A stretch of DNA of 64,000 nt from the IMG/VR virus record IMGVR_UViG_3300005613_000021, positions 1-64,000 of that record; one strand, 5' to 3'. The notes under the pieces are model-generated. The model saw only the letters and a list, made by a program, of their open reading frames with translations. It had not been told where the DNA came from and did no database searches. Below are positions 55,301 to 64,000 of the stretch, one piece after another. Made by a program: the position numbers and the translations under genes. Numbering within the stretch: position 1 is the first letter of the stretch; each line of letters opens with the position of its first letter. This DNA comes from a virus.

Positions 55301-58145
55301 TAAATATCCAAAAATATACTTAAAACAAGGAGCCGTATTGGATTATGAAGTAGCAACTAGATATGACATATTCGTTTACGCCAGGCCAGATTTTAATCAG
55401 GATTCATATGGAACTCAAATCACTTTAGTCGTAAGAGATATTAACGACCCACCCAATGTAACATTTGATCCAACGGGGATACTTTTAGCAGAAACGACAC
55501 CCTCCAATGCTGGCTCCTTTAAAGTTTGTGATATTGTTGTAGCGGACGAGGAACTATCTTCTGTTAATTTTGCTTTGACTGGACAGGATAGTTCTTATTT
55601 TACAATGCAGATTAAAGAAGGAATACCAAATAGTTTGTCTGGCGAAAATGTTGGTAGTATATATTTTAATAGCGGCATCAATTTGAATATAGACAGTAAA
55701 AATAGCTATACTGCAACAGTTTTAGCTACCGATTCAAGTGGATTAGTTGGAACGGGTAATTTTACAATAGAGATAACCGACGATCCATTTTGTGAATACA
55801 GAATAAACCTAGTTTCTCTTGTTAACAATAATTGTGCAAATCAAGAGAACGGTAGGATAGTGCTTGATATTTTATACACGGGAGAAGATAACAATAGTTG
55901 CACAATCAATAGCCCTCTTTCTGTTTCATGGATTAATTTACCATCTGGAGTAAGCTCTTCTTTTGGAGGTAGAAATCTTAATAATTTACCGACAGGAAAT
56001 TACAGTGGCTTTATTTATGGTGGAGAAATACCTTTAGAGGAAATTTCATACACTATAAGTTCCACTTCTGATTTAGAATTCTTACAAGCAACTAAAATTT
56101 ACAATAGTTGTGAGACAACAGGAATATTACAAGTTGTATGGCAAGGAGGAGTTCCTCCTTATTATGTGTCTTATGGTACTGCAAGAGCAGTAGTTTCTTC
56201 TGGTTTTAAAGCTAACTTAAACGTGATAAATAATACGGTAAATATCAGTCCAACAGTGCTTGATTCATTAGGCTGTGAGGTTTCTTCTGAAGAAGATATA
56301 TCTTTTGAGTTTCCTGGGGTTTCTTTTGTAGAATATCAATCTCAAAGCCCTCCTATTATATATGATGACACTATAGAAAGTTTTAAATTAAATGTCTCTA
56401 ATGGCGATGGTCCAAATCAAGTTGAAATATATCATACTACAACAGGCGAAAGAGATAGTCTATTTGCTTCTTTTGATATGTTTGATACAACGATATTAGA
56501 AAGTATAGATAAGTCAAACAATATATATTATTACAATTTCAAAAATACTTTATATCCAGGCTATTATATTTTTGATTTTATAAATTCAGATGGTTGTTCT
56601 GTGTCTTCTTCATTGTTATTAGCTCAGAACATAACACCAATGTCTTTAAATGTAGACATACAACATGACGCCCCTTCAGATAATGGTTCTTTTACTATTT
56701 CTCAACCAATATTAGAAACATTATTTGTTCCATATAAAATGATACTAAATAATAGTAATGTACTATCTTATATTAATGGTATTACAGAAAAAACAGATAT
56801 AAAATTTGAAATAAATGGAAAAATTTATAAAAGAAAATCCCTTAATGGAGTAGTCAACTGTGATGATTATTCGATATTGAATATCAAGTTTTTAGGCATA
56901 AAAGACACAGATTGGTATTATACTATTAGTTTTTTTCAAGGGTTTGATCTTACAGATGCTGAATTAAATATTCTGAGCTCTGATATTTATTTAGTGCTGC
57001 CTAATGAAGAAAAGATTAAAATTGTAACAGAATTAAACAACAATATCAATACTATTAAATTATTGAAAGGTTCTATTATTACTGGAACTTCCAGAATAGC
57101 ACAATATTCTTATAATAGAGAATTAGGGTTATATTATTTTGAACAAAACTACATACCTTTGGAAGCTAAGTCTTTTGTTTTTGACACATTAACCTTAACT
57201 AATAAATATATACCAGGAACTGTTACTAGAATAAGCTTTTTGGAACATCCTGATATCTCAGATAATTTAAGATCAGATCTTCTTGAATCAATATCTTTTT
57301 CTGGTACTGATACCCAATCAAGGATTTTAAATAATAGAAAATTTTTACTGGCTTTAAATAATTTTGGAAAATCTACAATTATGTATAGTAAAACAGAGAA
57401 TTATTATACTCATGACGGGTCTATCGTTAATAGTATTACTGGAGGTTATGGGGAATATAATATCAATTATTATTATTACAATAAGGAAACAAAGTGCTTG
57501 AATTTATTAAAATATAATAATGAAACATTAACAGAAGCAGAGGCACAACCTATACCTCATGGATCATATGTAGTTAAAATTAGAGACATATATGGAAATA
57601 AAATAAAATCTGTAAACAATATTGCATATGATACTGTTTACACAAATTATCTAGATTATATCTTAAATACCTTAGACACTACTACAGAAAACATGAACTT
57701 TGAATATGGAGATATTTTGGTTAATATAGTTGATACAACCAGACAAGACATACCCGATGATGGAGGACTACCAGGCTCTGAACCAGAGACACCAACCCCG
57801 GTGCCTCCTGCTACTCCTTCAAATAGGGTTACCGAAACAACATATCGGGTATCGCCCAACACCGATTATAAAAATTCTGTTACTATACAAACTTCTCCAA
57901 TTAAAGTGTCATTTATAGTTACCGGTCCATATGGGTATAGTAAAAAATTCCACGACACATCAATACTAACACAATTGCCTCCTGGTGTATATTACATAGA
58001 AGGAGACAAAACAGATCTAAGGAATAAGTATCTATATCAAGACAAAAAGAGTTTTGCTATAAATAAAAATACAAATATTTTTGTACAACTAAGATTTAAT
58101 TCATATCGGGATACAATACAGATAGAAGATACTTGTGAATTATAA
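52323..58145 (+). CDS. Large virion adhesin with cadherin-like and SprB-like repeats
   Basis: LDYE x3, VNEAP, VRDINDPP, ATDSSG; GGVPPY and NNLPTGNY. Confidence 0.7.
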   Translation: MSIDKSKELYDKILSELELFSDELSFDAMATKPAIINQYNLLSNIPVNLSVSSGNHVVLGHRIPMSYIDINSVSDCDSDCNILSFSGINASGDITYATDNIISIKIEKDISSFAAGSTISGSDEISFTSTGVTPGSCSGFSDYSISDQISVDNALISFVTGIGSEIPFSGGSGNVESSYFERLGSGTFIIAPPLSSQDDYFYIYTTGTSSYRGVAHPSETGIKQVVGGSSEWSALSNNFILCLYNSDPSSIFKYNVEQDNWTAINPFNTGINTELTNIIKLENDAGYYLVLGTGTGEYVLYNSIFDFATGILDSTDEGYKILPANIALIPSYVTTGCQWQVDSSQDMRLGDSEYHIFLTDYDYSGNLTYPLKLKNINFSPIIENGDFVLSGNIVSGTTYLSNYLNYRTDIINVADKLVISLSSTGTNNSQLVIWDNSTLTTDSIYSSEKKNRLVRLVNDQILWCSSSNSGISTVIDPYEIKEYPFPVPLTGNISVATSCPLEFRTLMLDAAGTNAYIVNDLDRTYETLSFTGSLSMGRYHDIIVLDQLPNSSDHSHNFYLMPDETYSNDFPKANLITISTTTTSFTGITIDGDFTIDETTTTGLIEIGRFFVPSGADDEFVGTYTFGMDDALGNSSIFDLTFNNGSGIIYVKSGIYLDYEDQNFYYGYITGVDLYVDRGNSNNNFTLRLLPVNEAPTGIVFDPPNSGGYNINIPVDEDKLVATFDVKDPDTVFTGIFDRLKQFNNVIGVSGVDADIFNVNFNDILQEGSIFVKNGTAFDIDSKDLYELTLYAGQSGSGFSTSGNWTLYLTDNPPISIDITPSQTGLPENFIPPQTGFKLSDFIVQDNDTNRNNFVSLIGNDASYFSIDYDFASGTGSLVLEPDVVLDYETKPTVTATLVAGNLPGIYSATRTFTINVQDVEFEISGITATPDIFYLYEDVDTSTGSIKLCDLKWTDPDLDLNPGADMVVFDLRYTGTNFGSALDKFTVVDNSTKYPKIYLKQGAVLDYEVATRYDIFVYARPDFNQDSYGTQITLVVRDINDPPNVTFDPTGILLAETTPSNAGSFKVCDIVVADEELSSVNFALTGQDSSYFTMQIKEGIPNSLSGENVGSIYFNSGINLNIDSKNSYTATVLATDSSGLVGTGNFTIEITDDPFCEYRINLVSLVNNNCANQENGRIVLDILYTGEDNNSCTINSPLSVSWINLPSGVSSSFGGRNLNNLPTGNYSGFIYGGEIPLEEISYTISSTSDLEFLQATKIYNSCETTGILQVVWQGGVPPYYVSYGTARAVVSSGFKANLNVINNTVNISPTVLDSLGCEVSSEEDISFEFPGVSFVEYQSQSPPIIYDDTIESFKLNVSNGDGPNQVEIYHTTTGERDSLFASFDMFDTTILESIDKSNNIYYYNFKNTLYPGYYIFDFINSDGCSVSSSLLLAQNITPMSLNVDIQHDAPSDNGSFTISQPILETLFVPYKMILNNSNVLSYINGITEKTDIKFEINGKIYKRKSLNGVVNCDDYSILNIKFLGIKDTDWYYTISFFQGFDLTDAELNILSSDIYLVLPNEEKIKIVTELNNNINTIKLLKGSIITGTSRIAQYSYNRELGLYYFEQNYIPLEAKSFVFDTLTLTNKYIPGTVTRISFLEHPDISDNLRSDLLESISFSGTDTQSRILNNRKFLLALNNFGKSTIMYSKTENYYTHDGSIVNSITGGYGEYNINYYYYNKETKCLNLLKYNNETLTEAEAQPIPHGSYVVKIRDIYGNKIKSVNNIAYDTVYTNYLDYILNTLDTTTENMNFEYGDILVNIVDTTRQDIPDDGGLPGSEPETPTPVPPATPSNRVTETTYRVSPNTDYKNSVTIQTSPIKVSFIVTGPYGYSKKFHDTSILTQLPPGVYYIEGDKTDLRNKYLYQDKKSFAINKNTNIFVQLRFNSYRDTIQIEDTCEL

Positions 58146-58172
58146 GAACAAACCCAACAACAGGATAAAGTT

Positions 58173-61100
58173 ATGACTTGTCAAGATATTAATCCAACAT
58201 GCACCTTTAAATATTTAGAAGCAGTTAGTGTATGGGGTCAGGTTCCTCCACCAGAACAGTTAAAAAATGTATTAGGAGACGCAACTGGTGAAGATGATCC
58301 TATGAAAAAGATTCTAGGATTTACTTGCACATTGGGAATGGGTACTTCATCAAGCACCCTTACTATTGATCTTTCTGGTTTTCATGCAGATGCTGAGGAC
58401 ACTGTTGGCAGAGTAGCTATATTTAAATGTGATGAGTTTGGTTTCGGGGGAGTAATTAAAAGCGTAGTTCATTCAGAAAATAGTAATGGGCAAAAAACCA
58501 AAATAGAGATGACAGATTGTAAAGAATTACTGGTTCGTTATGATCTTTTTCTTAATGAGTGGCACGATACAACTAATAGTGTTAGTAAATCAGGTGGTTT
58601 CGTTAATATTAATTACAGGGGTTGGAATTGCACAAATGTTCACAGGGCCATAGAAGGAGATAGCTGGGGGGATTATATTGCTAGTAACTACGGAGGAAAA
58701 CAGGTTGGAATAAATAATTACGGTACGGCTCTTCCTGATGCTGGCCAGGACTGCGCGAAGTTTGGTACTAGTACAGATGGAAAGGTATCTCAAGGAAATA
58801 CTACATATTACAAAATATGTCAAGCATTAACAACCTTATCAATTCGTTGGTTTAATACCAAATCTTATCCTTTAAAAATTTGGATTGATGCAGTAAGAAA
58901 TATAGCAAGTGAAATACCGTATGTAGCAACATCTGCAAAGTCTATGACACTTTTAGATCTTATCAACAATGTTTGCGAAGAGGCTGGTTACGATTGGACT
59001 TTTCACACTCCAGATGGTAATAGTATTTATATGAGATTTATAGATAAGAAACAAGAAGTTGCATTTGGAGAAGTAAAAAATAGAATATTGAATGCCAAAA
59101 ATAGCGGAACAAATAAGCTGTTAAACTATTCGATAGGTGCTGAGTTTAAAAACGAAAAGACCAGAAGAGTAGTATTAGGTTCTAAAGTTAATTATATTAA
59201 AGAATTATATTTCCCAAGCAATAATCAAAGTGGAGGTATTGAAAATAATGGTCGGGCACACAAAGTTGCAGCAGTTTTAGGTTTTACAAATGACGGTAAA
59301 GCAATTTATGCAACAGATTCTGCCGGTCAACCAACTACTTACGCTTGGGACCTAAATATTAATACTAGTACACTTAATGTAGCATTATCAACAGTGGGTT
59401 TTCCTGGATTTGGAACATCTACTATATTAGGCGAAATAGAAATGATGGCCACTTCAAATTTAGCAACATGGAAACTATTTGGAATTTTAAATCCAGCCAG
59501 CATTTCTGCTAAATGTATGAATCATCTTGGAATTGATAGAGCAACTGCTTTTAGTAAGGTTTCTACGGCTGCTGCCGATACTCATAGTCAAGCACAGGCT
59601 GCTGTAGAGGCTGTAAAATTTTCTACAAGAAAAAATGTTGGAGAATTAGTATACGAAGAAGTATGTTATTCTTGGATTAAAAATTTTTATGATCGATATT
59701 ACGGTAAATACTATCTTTGCATATTGCCCAAAAAAATGTGTTACAATGATCCAACAGGATATATGCAGGCAAATGACATATTTCTTGGGCCAGGATCTGC
59801 AGCTTTTATGATGGACGAACCTACTGATAGCGGATGGGGAGATTTTACTAACAATACTATTGGTCTTAACGACTGGACTAGATTCAAAGACAATAGTGGC
59901 AAGACTAAATGTTTCTGTAGAATAGACGGCACAGACAATTTGGTAAGAAACGTTTTCAATTCACAAAGAAGCTTTTTTACAGATCCTTCAAGAATACAGT
60001 CAGATTTTGCTGTACAAGGCAATTACATATATTCTGACGCAGAAGTGGATGGGCGGGTATTTTTTGTAGATGATGGAACTGGCAATAGTTCTATGGGAAT
60101 ACTAGTAAAATTACCTAATATTATTCCCCAAGTATGGAATGATACTAGCAACAAGGGATTAAATAGTCATGGTTTAAGACTATTAGATCTCTTCAGTGGT
60201 AGTACAAGTTTTATAAATGGGGCTTCACAATATGGGGGAACTACTGATTTTAGTTATGCAAATGTTTTTAAGGCGGCAGACTTGGCTGCTAGAATAGATT
60301 CTGCTGCTATTCCACTCAAAAGTAAAATAGTAAATTATGGACCATGGCTTTCTCATGATAGAAGTAGCGACTGGGATGACGGAGGAGTGGAACTAAGACA
60401 TGTTGAAGACCTGAATCCTTGGACATATGGTGGATATGCCAATATGAATACGGCTGGAAGTAAGTTGGCTACAGATGGTTTAAAAAATAGGGTGAGATAT
60501 GAATCTGGTAGTATAACTATAGCTGAAACACCACAACAAAATATGGAAGGAGGAGGAACCAGTAAAACAGATCCTGTTATAGCTAGTATAGTTTGTAAAC
60601 TTGATGCTGGTGGAGCTACTACAACATATAATTATCAAACATATGTACAAAAATTTGGACAAAGTGCTGAAGCCTTTAATAATTATACTAAATTACAAAT
60701 CAGTAACAGAAGATCAAATGCCAATATCTTAAAAGATATGAATCTAGAAATTAGTAGGGCATTTTCAAGTGCAATGAGATCTTTTGGGAATATCAGAGAA
60801 AGGTTTTTTGAACAAATGTCTGTTCCTTTGAGCACATCCTCTAGTAGTTTGAATAATGTTTTGATTTTGAGCTATCCTGATACTCTGACATATCCAGGAA
60901 GAATAGAGGCTGGTATTGATAAAAAATATACATCTGATTATTTTCAAGATCAAAATAATTACAGCAAATATGCTATTGTTAGTTTAGATATGATTTTTAG
61001 TCCTTTTTCTACTACTATTGGTCCCGGCCCTGCTATGCCAGGTTTTACTGCAGCTTTAGGTAGTAGTGACTATCCTGCAAACGCCACAAAGCCCAGAGTT

Positions 61101-61991
61101 CCACCAACTAGCTCAACACAAATAATACCAATTTATAATCTATCATTAAATCCTTACAGCACAAGTGCTATGATGGGTAATTTTAACGGAGCTGGTAGTG
61201 GTCGCGGATTCTATACAGAATATATTGCTTTCGGCAGTGTTCCGGCCAATACTTTTGCAGCCAACGCTACGCAAGAAAGTTTTAGAGACAGTCAAACAAA
61301 TCTTCGTGGTGCTGCACTTAGAGGCCCATTAGTTTTGCACTCTTGGGGATATGATACCAATGGGCAGCCCGTACCAGGTAGTCCCACTACTTTTAATAGC
61401 GGATGGCTAGGAAACCCCAGTAGCTGGCCTATTGGACCAATTGATTTAAGATGGGACAGAAGGAGAGGCGTCTGGGTATCTCCTCCTTCCGCTTCTTTGG
61501 TAGTAGCAGAATTAACATCTGATCTGACTATATATAGTTCTGCAAGTGCTAGTATTATTAATGTTCCTAATTTATATAGCACAAGTATAAATGGGTCAAT
61601 TACTGTTTATGACTTTATAGGACAAGGCATTAGTGCAGGGTGTAGGGTATTGGCATATCATTTTGGTCCTGGGGCAGATTATATGGTTGTTAATGCTGGC
61701 ATGTGTTTAGTTAAGGCTGATGCTCATGGCTGCGAACCTTCTACTAATGTTGGACAACCAATGATTCCGCAAGATAAGCATCTTTATGGCTTTGGTCCTA
61801 ATGGTAGACCAGCTATGTACAGCATAGAAGAATTATTTAGTCAGCCCAATCTTACAGGTGGAAGTTTAAAGGTTCTTGGCTACGAAGAACTCAATGATAA
61901 TGGACACCCTTGCATGGTAGACATTAGTGTTATTGATTGTAGCGGTAATTCATTAGGAGGGGGAGGAATAATAGAAAATGAGATTGATTAA
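58173..61991 (+). CDS. Tail tip hub / central tail protein candidate
   Basis: MTLLDLINNVCEEAGYDW hub-like motif; last plus-strand gene. Confidence 0.5.
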   Translation: MTCQDINPTCTFKYLEAVSVWGQVPPPEQLKNVLGDATGEDDPMKKILGFTCTLGMGTSSSTLTIDLSGFHADAEDTVGRVAIFKCDEFGFGGVIKSVVHSENSNGQKTKIEMTDCKELLVRYDLFLNEWHDTTNSVSKSGGFVNINYRGWNCTNVHRAIEGDSWGDYIASNYGGKQVGINNYGTALPDAGQDCAKFGTSTDGKVSQGNTTYYKICQALTTLSIRWFNTKSYPLKIWIDAVRNIASEIPYVATSAKSMTLLDLINNVCEEAGYDWTFHTPDGNSIYMRFIDKKQEVAFGEVKNRILNAKNSGTNKLLNYSIGAEFKNEKTRRVVLGSKVNYIKELYFPSNNQSGGIENNGRAHKVAAVLGFTNDGKAIYATDSAGQPTTYAWDLNINTSTLNVALSTVGFPGFGTSTILGEIEMMATSNLATWKLFGILNPASISAKCMNHLGIDRATAFSKVSTAAADTHSQAQAAVEAVKFSTRKNVGELVYEEVCYSWIKNFYDRYYGKYYLCILPKKMCYNDPTGYMQANDIFLGPGSAAFMMDEPTDSGWGDFTNNTIGLNDWTRFKDNSGKTKCFCRIDGTDNLVRNVFNSQRSFFTDPSRIQSDFAVQGNYIYSDAEVDGRVFFVDDGTGNSSMGILVKLPNIIPQVWNDTSNKGLNSHGLRLLDLFSGSTSFINGASQYGGTTDFSYANVFKAADLAARIDSAAIPLKSKIVNYGPWLSHDRSSDWDDGGVELRHVEDLNPWTYGGYANMNTAGSKLATDGLKNRVRYESGSITIAETPQQNMEGGGTSKTDPVIASIVCKLDAGGATTTYNYQTYVQKFGQSAEAFNNYTKLQISNRRSNANILKDMNLEISRAFSSAMRSFGNIRERFFEQMSVPLSTSSSSLNNVLILSYPDTLTYPGRIEAGIDKKYTSDYFQDQNNYSKYAIVSLDMIFSPFSTTIGPGPAMPGFTAALGSSDYPANATKPRVPPTSSTQIIPIYNLSLNPYSTSAMMGNFNGAGSGRGFYTEYIAFGSVPANTFAANATQESFRDSQTNLRGAALRGPLVLHSWGYDTNGQPVPGSPTTFNSGWLGNPSSWPIGPIDLRWDRRRGVWVSPPSASLVVAELTSDLTIYSSASASIINVPNLYSTSINGSITVYDFIGQGISAGCRVLAYHFGPGADYMVVNAGMCLVKADAHGCEPSTNVGQPMIPQDKHLYGFGPNGRPAMYSIEELFSQPNLTGGSLKVLGYEELNDNGHPCMVDISVIDCSGNSLGGGGIIENEID

Positions 61992-62710
61992 CAATAGTTA
62001 TCAATTATTTTTATAGACCTATTTTCTGTGTATGGTTCGGTTGTGGTGTATGCCAGATAATTTTTATGTATAGAACATTTATACAAACCACTTAAAATAT
62101 TCTGTTCTTTTTTTAAATTTTCATCCAATATAATAGAATTATTACCTTTTCTTGAACAGTATGTGACGACAAATTTATTAGAATCAAAAATTTTAGATAT
62201 TCTTATAATACTTGCATTATCAATAATTTGATTAGTGCTAATTTTTTTTCTACTAACAATATCAATAATGTCTATATTTTTACCTCTATTTTCGGAAGAG
62301 GTGCAATATAACAAACCGTTGTGTAACACTCCATTAAAAGATCTGTGTAGTACTTTAATGTTTTTATATTCAGCATCAATACTAACTACATAGTAATATA
62401 CAGCAGACTGGGGGTTTTTTTTAAATCCACAAGTATATGTCAAAAGAGAACTGTCCGAATAAACACAAGGATTGCATTCAACTAAGACATAACCATAGCC
62501 TTTGACATATTTAGGTAAATTTATTTTTGATGCAATTTTATTATTCTTTATATCTTCAATTAGGTGTATTTTCCAAGGTTTGATGGAATAAATCTGTTTA
62601 CTAAATTGATCAAATATAGTTTTTTTTGCATAACAGCACAACATATTTATAGTTCCATTACTGTCATAAAGATATGGTTGACTATAATTTTGTAACTCTA
62701 TAGTATTCAT
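61988..62710 (-). CDS. Hypothetical protein (possible beta-propeller/TolB-like)
   Basis: 240-aa ORF coupled to the upstream gene. Confidence 0.6.
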   Translation of the reverse strand: MNTIELQNYSQPYLYDSNGTINMLCCYAKKTIFDQFSKQIYSIKPWKIHLIEDIKNNKIASKINLPKYVKGYGYVLVECNPCVYSDSSLLTYTCGFKKNPQSAVYYYVVSIDAEYKNIKVLHRSFNGVLHNGLLYCTSSENRGKNIDIIDIVSRKKISTNQIIDNASIIRISKIFDSNKFVVTYCSRKGNNSIILDENLKKEQNILSGLYKCSIHKNYLAYTTTEPYTENRSIKIIDNYC

Positions 62711-63768
62711 TACTCAAAATCTAGATCGTCTATATTGATAGACAGAGGATATCCTGGCGGAGGATATCCTGGCGACGGAGGCTTGGTAGTGGTAGTGGTT
62801 GGGCCAGGTGTTGTAGTTGTAGTTGTAGGGGGACAATAACATTGGTAATCAACAATACAATATATTTGTCTAGTATTGGTTGGAATACCATCGCAGTAAC
62901 ACTGGACTATGACCACACCCCATAATCGCTGGGGATAGCACCCCGAAGGGCATTGTGGTATTGTGACTGGTGGGCATTGGGCGCAATAGTAACTTCCCTG
63001 ACAGCCGTCCCCTGGAGGCGGCGGCTCTCCGGGTCCTGGCTCTGGAGGGGGAGCACACACCCAATCCACTATACACCAATGCACTCGACCACAATTGTCC
63101 TCAAAAAGCCGATAAATAGGATATAGTATATTCGGTGGCGGACAATCTGGTGGTGGTGGGACTGGTGGACATGGATATATGGGTATACAAGGTTCTCGCG
63201 TAGTTGTAGTACCTGTTGGTGGTGGTAACGTTGTTGGTGGTGGTGGTAACGTTGTTGTTGTACAGCAAGGGGGTAATGGTGGATATATTTTACCAGTACC
63301 TGAAGGACAGCATGTTTGGTCATACCCATCACAATTAAAACAGTGTTCTGGTTCTCCATATTGAGTTACCCATGAATCTAATGTTCTCCAATCATCTGGT
63401 GTTGCTTCTGGTTTTAGAGGATTTTCACACCTAACTTGAAGCTCCATATATCCTGGATAAAGTTCGTATGGTGGAGTAAAGCAGCAAGCTCCAGCCCCAC
63501 CCATACCAAAAAATATGTAACTAGGATCCCCAGTTCCTAAAGGTGGTGCTGGTTCTTCGTCATCTCTTACTACCACAGGTCCAGAAAGAAAAAGAAATGG
63601 ATAGCTTGTTTCTATTATTCTCCATTCTACTGGAAGAAGACATGCGCAACAGCAATAAAAACCTTCTAAACCTTCTTCAGATCCTAGTAAGGTTGGTTCC
63701 CAGCTATCGCTTTTTAAGCTGAAACCACTACCATCTTGACCTGCCGACCCTAGTAAGACGAATGACAT
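62710..63768 (-). CDS. Cys/Pro/Thr-rich low-complexity protein
   Basis: 29 Cys; poly-P and poly-T linkers. Confidence 0.7.
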   Translation of the reverse strand: MSFVLLGSAGQDGSGFSLKSDSWEPTLLGSEEGLEGFYCCCACLLPVEWRIIETSYPFLFLSGPVVVRDDEEPAPPLGTGDPSYIFFGMGGAGACCFTPPYELYPGYMELQVRCENPLKPEATPDDWRTLDSWVTQYGEPEHCFNCDGYDQTCCPSGTGKIYPPLPPCCTTTTLPPPPTTLPPPTGTTTTREPCIPIYPCPPVPPPPDCPPPNILYPIYRLFEDNCGRVHWCIVDWVCAPPPEPGPGEPPPPGDGCQGSYYCAQCPPVTIPQCPSGCYPQRLWGVVIVQCYCDGIPTNTRQIYCIVDYQCYCPPTTTTTTPGPTTTTTKPPSPGYPPPGYPLSINIDDLDFE

Positions 63769-63773
63769 TGGTT

Positions 63774-64000
63774 TTAACTACCTTGCCATTTATACCATCC
63801 TCTATTTGGCATGTAGTCACCCTTTTCATCTTTTCTTTTTGGGAAGAGAGTTCCTCCCTTTTTATGTTGACCAAACGCGAGAGTGGCACCACACTTCGTG
63901 CATTTTAGCTCATAATACTCATTGTCTTCTACTGTTCTTACGGCAAATCTAATGTTCGTATTTTTACACATACCACATTCTGACTCGCCAAAAATTTCTT
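63774..64000 (-). CDS. Zn-ribbon protein, 5' end beyond the window
   Basis: Frame open to the edge: EIFGESECGMC...LKCTKCG. Confidence 0.75.
   Translation of the reverse strand, partial: EIFGESECGMCKNTNIRFAVRTVEDNEYYELKCTKCGATLAFGQHKKGGTLFPKRKDEKGDYMPNRGWYKWQGS

Noticed and set aside
11140-61582. Many minus-strand ORFs in the track within the late arm, and plus-strand ORFs in the early arm
   Set aside because: Antisense shadows of well-supported genes, without RBS or promoter support.
10297-61991. Stop-codon recoding
   Set aside because: Long ORFs are intact in the standard code; TAA, TAG and TGA all end genes; no suppressor tRNA.

Overview
The window is part of a large tailed dsDNA phage genome, probably a siphovirus (tail tube and tape measure present, no sheath), read in the standard genetic code. 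Left arm (1-~9.8 kb, mostly minus strand, more GC-rich): about 30 small ORFs, two tRNAs (Ile2-CAT, Glu-TTC) and a candidate ~270-nt structured ncRNA. Most ORFs have their own promoter. The arm carries several repeated DNA signals: overlapping sigma70 and sigma28-like promoters, antisense sigma54-consensus sites, 29-bp recombinase-core-like palindromes coupled to CGGCCGGCCG, and a dense CCCC-N6-GGGG motif. A non-coding divergence point with 29-bp tandem repeats lies at ~9.8-10.1 kb. Right arm (10.2-62 kb, plus strand, AT-rich): phage sigma factor, packaging genes (TerS candidate, HNH, ERCC4 nuclease, TerL), portal, protease with a nested scaffold, capsid, fibre, neck and tail genes. It includes a 3956-aa tape measure that looks like a polyprotein, with repeated [YF]xxGG/GEFV modules flanking cargo segments, one of them a PD-(D/E)xK nuclease. 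A minus-strand block begins at ~62 kb. No integrase, polymerase or CRISPR array is seen. All calls come from reading motifs by eye; no database searches were run.
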